64,000 nucleotides of DNA, taken from NCBI GenBank assembly GCA_963713975.1, contig OY970218.1, positions 672,001 to 736,000 on the forward strand. Reading direction: 5' to 3'. Shown here one piece after another: positions 59,008 through 64,000 of the stretch (its first letter is position 1; the number at the start of each line of letters is the position of its first letter). Position numbers and translations under genes: made by a program. The notes below the pieces were generated by a model, which was not told where the DNA came from, did no database searches, and saw only the letters and a program-made list of their open reading frames with translations. This stretch comes from an uncultured Chloroflexia bacterium (lineage in GTDB: Bacteria; Chloroflexota; Limnocylindria; Limnocylindrales; CSP1-4).

Positions 59008-60384
59008 TCAGCTGCCCTTGAGCAGCTCGACGGCCCTGAGCACCTGGGCGTCCGGGCTTGCGGCGAGCTCGGCGACCGTCATCTCGCGCAGCGCATCGGG
59101 AACGAGGGGCTGGATCTCCGGCGGCAACACCACCGTGACATCCGGGACGAGACCCTCGTGCCAGATCGGGCGGCCGCCGCGGGTGAGCCAGCGCTCCGTG
59201 CCGATCCGCAGGGACGAGCCGTCCGCGAGATCGAACCGCCCGAGGACCGTCCCGGTCCCGAACGTCTTCTCGCCCACCACGGTGCCCCGCTTCGCGTCCT
59301 GGATGGCCCCGGTCACGATCTCGGCCGAGCTGGCCGTGCTCCCGTCGGTCAGGACCACGATAGGCAGGTCAGTGGCGAAGCCGCCAGGCTCCACGTCCGC
59401 GGACTTCTCCTCACCGCTGCGCTCGAACGCCTGGTAGACGATCCCGTCGCCGACGAACTGGCTTGCGACGCCAACTGCCTCGCTCACGTAGCCCCCGGGG
59501 TTGAAGCGAAGGTCCAGGATGATGCTCGTGGCCCCCTCCTCCTTGGCGGCCGAGATGGCGTCCTTGATCGCCGGTGTTGCACCGGTGGAGAACTGCTCCA
59601 GGCGGATCATTGCCGTGTCCGTGCCGGGAACCATTGCCCAGCTGACCAGCGGCAGGTCGAACTGGCGCCGGGTGATGGTGACGTCGAAGTCGGCGGCGCC
59701 GCTGCGTCCGATGGTGAGCGTGACCGGCTCTCCCTCCGGACCACGGACCCGGGTCACGGCCTGGTCCACGGTCTCGCCCTTGGTCGTCGTGCCGTCGACG
59801 GCGAGGATCTGGTCGCCTCGGCGAAGCCCCGCCTCCTCGGCCGGGGTTCCGGGGATCACGGCGTTGACAATGACGCTGCCCGCGTCGTCCTCGCTGACCT
59901 GGACGCCGATGCCGACGAACGATCCCGAGAGCGACTGGTCGGTGGCCTTCGCCTCGGCAGCCGTCATGAAGGTCGTGTGGCCCTCGTCGCCTACCGCGTC
60001 CGCCAGGGCTCCGATCGCGGCGTACGCGAGCGCCTGGTCGTCGAGGCTCTTGGGATCGACGTAGTTGTCGTGGATCGTGCGCCACGCCTCCGTGATGAGG
60101 TCGAGCTCCGCGTTCGGCCCGGACACGGCCGGGGAGGCGGTGGCGGCGACCGTCAGCCCTGGCTCCCCCAGGACGCCGCTGCGGTCGACGAACACGCCCG
60201 CCACAAACATGGCGACGGCGAGGATGGGCACGAGCACTACGACGAGGAGGTCGCTGATCCGCCTCGGCCGGCTGGCCGGCGGGGCGGGCGGCGGCTGGGC
60301 GGGTGGCGACAGGGTGGGCGGGGCGGCCACGACCGGGGCGGGGCCCGGTTCGGGGAAGGAGGGGTTGGGCATCTGGTCCGTCAT
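59008..60384 (-). CDS. ctpA: S41A carboxyl-terminal processing protease (PDZ)
   Basis: GIGVQV, LDLRFNPGG, TASSAEI, GEKTFG.GTV. Confidence 0.92.
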   Translation of the reverse strand: MTDQMPNPSFPEPGPAPVVAAPPTLSPPAQPPPAPPASRPRRISDLLVVVLVPILAVAMFVAGVFVDRSGVLGEPGLTVAATASPAVSGPNAELDLITEAWRTIHDNYVDPKSLDDQALAYAAIGALADAVGDEGHTTFMTAAEAKATDQSLSGSFVGIGVQVSEDDAGSVIVNAVIPGTPAEEAGLRRGDQILAVDGTTTKGETVDQAVTRVRGPEGEPVTLTIGRSGAADFDVTITRRQFDLPLVSWAMVPGTDTAMIRLEQFSTGATPAIKDAISAAKEEGATSIILDLRFNPGGYVSEAVGVASQFVGDGIVYQAFERSGEEKSADVEPGGFATDLPIVVLTDGSTASSAEIVTGAIQDAKRGTVVGEKTFGTGTVLGRFDLADGSSLRIGTERWLTRGGRPIWHEGLVPDVTVVLPPEIQPLVPDALREMTVAELAASPDAQVLRAVELLKGS

Positions 60385-60517
60385 TCGTCTCGAGGGTGTG
60401 GGCGGGCGCCGAGGCATGGTCGGCGGTGCCAAGCATGACGCGTCCGGCTTCAGCACGGGTAGACACCCGGTGAAGTTGCCTTATGCATCTGCCCGGGACG
60501 CGGGCGGGGCGGGAGCC

Positions 60518-61219
60518 CTACTGGCCCTCGCGCATCATCCTCCGGGCAGCCCGTGTGGCCCGCACGAAGTGGCGCAGATGGGCCACGGGCTTCACGTGGC
60601 TGGGCTCCCCCGCATAGATCGTGGAGATCGGCACCCACGCGAGCGTCCACCCGCTGCGCAGGCAGACGGCGATCATCTCGACCTCGAACTCGAACCCGGT
60701 CTCGGCGCTGTCGAGCGTGGCGGCCATCAGCCGGCGACCGAGCAGGCGGTAGCCCGACTGGTTGTCCGGGATGTCCTGGCCGACCGCCCACGAGAAGGCG
60801 GCGGTCCCGATCGTGTTCGCCAGGCGTCGCACGGCCGGCATCCGGGTGAAGTCACGACGGCCGATGACCAGCTCGGGGCTTGGACCCGAGGCGCCCTCGG
60901 ACGCGAACGCACCGACGAACCGCGGGATCTCATCAGGTTCGTGCTGGCCGTCCGCATCGAGCGTGAGGACGGCGTCCCAGCCCTCGTCAAGCGCCACGCG
61001 GAACCCGGCACGAAGCGCGGCGCCCTTGCCCTGGTTGGGGACCTGACGGATGACCCTGGCGCCCGCCGCCTCCGCCTGGGCAGCCGTGTCGTCCCCGGAG
61101 CCGTCATCCACCACGAGCACGGGCAGGCGATGCGCGGCCGCGCGGACCACCGCCCCGATGCGGGGACCCTCCTCGTAGCCGGGGATCAGCGCGAGGATCC
61201 GTGCGCCCGGCACCGCCAT
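60518..61219 (-). CDS. Glycosyltransferase family 2 (DPM synthase-like)
   Basis: VVDDGSGD, NQGKG.A, LDADGQH, DNQSGYR. Confidence 0.92.
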   Translation of the reverse strand: MAVPGARILALIPGYEEGPRIGAVVRAAAHRLPVLVVDDGSGDDTAAQAEAAGARVIRQVPNQGKGAALRAGFRVALDEGWDAVLTLDADGQHEPDEIPRFVGAFASEGASGPSPELVIGRRDFTRMPAVRRLANTIGTAAFSWAVGQDIPDNQSGYRLLGRRLMAATLDSAETGFEFEVEMIAVCLRSGWTLAWVPISTIYAGEPSHVKPVAHLRHFVRATRAARRMMREGQ

Positions 61220-61962
61220 CAGGAGGTTCCGAACTCGAACGTCTGGATGATGGGCAGCGCCATGTTGATCAGGTCCGAGATCTGGTCACCGTCGAAGGCA
61301 TCGAGGTCCACCACGACCGTGCCGCCGCCGGGCACGTCCAGCAGGTACATGCGCAGACGCTCGTTGCCCACCACGACCCAGTGATCGATCTGCGGGCTGT
61401 TGAACAGCGGAACGGACGGCACGCCGTTCGCGAACGGACAGGATTGCGCCCATTCGGCCTGCAGCCCCGTGTCGATGGACACGCCCGGCAGGCCGCCGAC
61501 CGTGGCCATCGCGGGCGTGCTGCTGACGAGGCCGGGCAGGGAGCGGATCCACGCGGCCAGCTCGGACGAGGTCCTGCCCACGCCGGGCTCCGGGGCGGCC
61601 GCGCACGTCGCATCCTGGGAGGCCGCCGAAGGATCCCGGAAGAGGTGGATCCCGATCACGTCGGAGTTGGCCGGCCGCAGGTTGAGGTACAGAGCGCTGT
61701 CCTGCGCCAGCACCCAGCCGTCCGGAACCGTGAACGTCAGTGAGGGCTGGAAGTTGCTGGTCGTGTAGGTCCCGGCGGGCATCGCGGTGGGCCCGGGTTG
61801 CGCCGTGGCCTGGGCCTCGTCGGGCGGCCCCGACGCGCCGCAGGCAGCGACGGTGATGGCGATGGCGAGCGAAGCGAGGCCGCGAATCAAGCTGGCAGTC
61901 CTCCGGGGAGACGCGCGAGGTGGCTTCCTATTGTCGCCGGTCCGCCGCTCCGGCGATGGCAT
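61219..61962 (-). CDS. Hypothetical lipoprotein
   Basis: Lipobox VAAC; GTY....F.P.LTFTVPDGW. Confidence 0.7.
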   Translation of the reverse strand: MPSPERRTGDNRKPPRASPRRTASLIRGLASLAIAITVAACGASGPPDEAQATAQPGPTAMPAGTYTTSNFQPSLTFTVPDGWVLAQDSALYLNLRPANSDVIGIHLFRDPSAASQDATCAAAPEPGVGRTSSELAAWIRSLPGLVSSTPAMATVGGLPGVSIDTGLQAEWAQSCPFANGVPSVPLFNSPQIDHWVVVGNERLRMYLLDVPGGGTVVVDLDAFDGDQISDLINMALPIIQTFEFGTS

Positions 61963-62875
61963 CGCCGATCGCCCCGACCTGCGATGGGCTCACCCGGCAG
62001 CAGCCGCCGATCAGGGATGCCCCGGCATGACGCCATCGGGCCGCCGTGGATCCGTCGACCCTGCCGTCCCCGCTCCCCGTCCACCGGCGCGCGACCGCGT
62101 CCCAGCCCTCACCGCTGTTGGGATAGGCAAGGATCGGGAGCGCGGTCACCGACCGGATGCGGGCGATCAGCTCATCCAGGTGCTCCGGGGCCGTGCAGTT
62201 GACGCCGACGGCGACGACGCCCGGTGCGTCGGACACGACCTGCACGGCCTCCTCGACCGGAGCGCCGCTGCGCAGGTGGCCGCCATCCGCACAGGTGAAG
62301 CTGATCCAGGCCGCCACGCCCGGACGATCGCCGAGGAGCGAGACGATCGCCTCGGCCTCCTCCAGCTCGGGGATCGTCTCGACCGCCAGCACGTCCGCGT
62401 CGCAGTCGGCCAGCACTTCCAGCCGCTCCCGGTGGAAGTCGCGCAGCTCGGCGACGGAGCGCCCATACCGGCCGCGGTACTCGGATCCGTCGGCCAGCAT
62501 CGCCCCGTATGGCCCGACCGACGCAGCCACGAATAGCTGGCCCTCGATGCCCTCGTCGAGGGCCAGCTGCCGGGCCCGGTCTGCCAGCGCAACCGACTGG
62601 CGCAGCAGGCCCTCGGCGGCATCGTGGTCGATCCCGCGCGCGGCAAACCCTTCGAACGTCGCCTGGTAGCTCGCCGTGGTCGCGACCCGGGCCCCGGCCC
62701 GGAAGAAGGCGAGATGCGCGGCCACGATCTCGGCCGGTGCCGCGACCAGCAGGCGGGCCGACCAGAGCCGGTCCGAGAGATCGGCACCCTGCGCCTCGAG
62801 CTGGGTGGCAAGCCCGCCGTCGAGGAGAATGGCGTCTCCATGCCGGAGGGCATCGCGGAAGTGGTGGGAGTCCAT
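61928..62875 (-). CDS. mmuM: Homocysteine S-methyltransferase
   Basis: LDGGLAT.LE, LWSA, TASYQA, SVGPYGA.LADGSEY.G, GVNC, YPNSGE, IGGCC. Confidence 0.93.
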   Translation of the reverse strand: MDSHHFRDALRHGDAILLDGGLATQLEAQGADLSDRLWSARLLVAAPAEIVAAHLAFFRAGARVATTASYQATFEGFAARGIDHDAAEGLLRQSVALADRARQLALDEGIEGQLFVAASVGPYGAMLADGSEYRGRYGRSVAELRDFHRERLEVLADCDADVLAVETIPELEEAEAIVSLLGDRPGVAAWISFTCADGGHLRSGAPVEEAVQVVSDAPGVVAVGVNCTAPEHLDELIARIRSVTALPILAYPNSGEGWDAVARRWTGSGDGRVDGSTAARWRHAGASLIGGCCRVSPSQVGAIGDAIAGAADRRQ

Positions 62876-62988
62876 GCAGCGGATGGTGCCACGACGGCCC
62901 GGACCCGGCGAGCCGGAGCCCGGCGGGCCCGATACCCTCACGAGGTCCGGATACTCTCAGGACGTCACGGAACGGAGCGGAGGATCAC

Positions 62989-64000
62989 GTGCGCTACCGG
63001 CGGATGCCGATCGAGGAGGAGTCGCCCGAGCAGCTCGGCTACGGGCGTATCCGGCGGAACCTGGCCGAGAGCTCCGTGTCGGACGCATCGCTCGCAGACC
63101 TTGGCGTCGACCTCGGCAGCCTGGTCCTCCAGTACGGCGACCACCTGGGGTTGCCGGAGCTGCGCGAGGCGATCGCCGCCGACGCACTGGGGGCGGTCGG
63201 GGACGACGTCATCGTGACGCCGGGCGCGGTCGCCGCGCTGTTCATGATCCACACGTCGCTCCTCGAGCCCGGTGACCACCTGGTCGTGGCGCGACCCAAC
63301 TACGCCACCAACGTCGAGACGCCGCGGGCCATCGGGGCGGACGTCACCTACCTGGATCTCAGGTACGAGGACGGATGGACCGTCGACCCGGCGCAGATCG
63401 CCGCACGCATGACGCCGCACACGAGGCTGGTCAGCCTCACCACCCCGCACAACCCCACCGGCACGACCCTGGACGAGTCGACCCTCCGGGCCGTCATCGA
63501 ACTCGTCGAGCGCCGCGGCGCACGCCTCCTGCTGGACGAGACCTACCGCGAGATGACGTTCGGGGAGCCGCTGCCGGTGGCCGCGGCCCTGAGCCCGTCG
63601 GTGATCTCGGTGAGCAGCCTGTCCAAGACGTACGGGCTGCCCGGCATCCGGATCGGCTGGCTGGTGACCCGAGATCGTGCGCTGCGGGACCGCTTCCTCG
63701 CCGCCAAGGAGCAGATCCTGATCAGCGGCTCGCTGGTGGACGAGACCATCGCGCTGGCGGCACTGCGACGGCGGCCGGCCTGGCTGCCGACGATCCGGGC
63801 ACGGATCGACGAGGCGTTCGGCATGACCGTCGGCTGGCTCGGTGACCACCCGCGACTGGAGTGGATCGAGCCCCGCGGCGGCGTCGTGGGCTTCCCGAGG
63901 ATCCGGCCGGGTGTCCCCGTGGACCCGGACGACTTCTACCGCGTCCTGTTTGAGGCACACGGGACGGTCGTGGGACCCGGACACTGGTTTGAGCAGCCCC
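62989..64000 (+). CDS. PLP-dependent aminotransferase class I/II (runs off window end)
   Basis: Manual translation from GTG 62989: MRYRRMPIEEESPEQLGY...NLAESS...PHNPTG...DETYR...SLSKTYGLPGIRIGW. Confidence 0.88.
   Translation, partial: MRYRRMPIEEESPEQLGYGRIRRNLAESSVSDASLADLGVDLGSLVLQYGDHLGLPELREAIAADALGAVGDDVIVTPGAVAALFMIHTSLLEPGDHLVVARPNYATNVETPRAIGADVTYLDLRYEDGWTVDPAQIAARMTPHTRLVSLTTPHNPTGTTLDESTLRAVIELVERRGARLLLDETYREMTFGEPLPVAAALSPSVISVSSLSKTYGLPGIRIGWLVTRDRALRDRFLAAKEQILISGSLVDETIALAALRRRPAWLPTIRARIDEAFGMTVGWLGDHPRLEWIEPRGGVVGFPRIRPGVPVDPDDFYRVLFEAHGTVVGPGHWFEQP

Overview
This is a very GC-rich bacterial window with no rRNA, tRNA, CRISPR array or transposase found. The gene content and lack of outer-membrane genes are consistent with a monoderm, Chloroflexota/Actinobacteria-like soil or sediment organism (inference only). 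It is dominated by anaerobic redox systems. (1) Two MttB-family methyltransferases. (2) A split NAD-linked formate dehydrogenase whose catalytic subunit has an in-frame UGA plus SECIS-like hairpin (selenocysteine). The FDH genes are interrupted by a MITE-like element, a shortened GYD gene, vapBC and a methyltransferase. (3) The standout, at ~10.6-27.8 kb, is a putative extracellular-electron-transfer island. It contains a GAF kinase/NarL-type regulator, pseudo-receiver, Tat-lipoprotein Rieske protein, TPR protein, NHL beta-propeller, an OmcS-like hexaheme cytochrome, a stalked octaheme cytochrome, a J-like/TPR/cupredoxin fusion, System II cytochrome c maturation genes and a NapC/NirT-type decaheme. 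Its four transcription units share an upstream CGACGGAT(G/T)GG motif. (4) A Tat-exported Asp-ligated (type II) molybdoenzyme with an NrfD anchor and a Tat/CCHC microprotein, next to an ArnR-like/DUF59/NnrS-like/DUF2249 module. (5) A repeat-rich surface protein and housekeeping genes (fdhD, lysA-like, tnaA, aroQ, metH, tal, ctpA, mmuM). All family calls come from motif recognition by eye; no database search was run.
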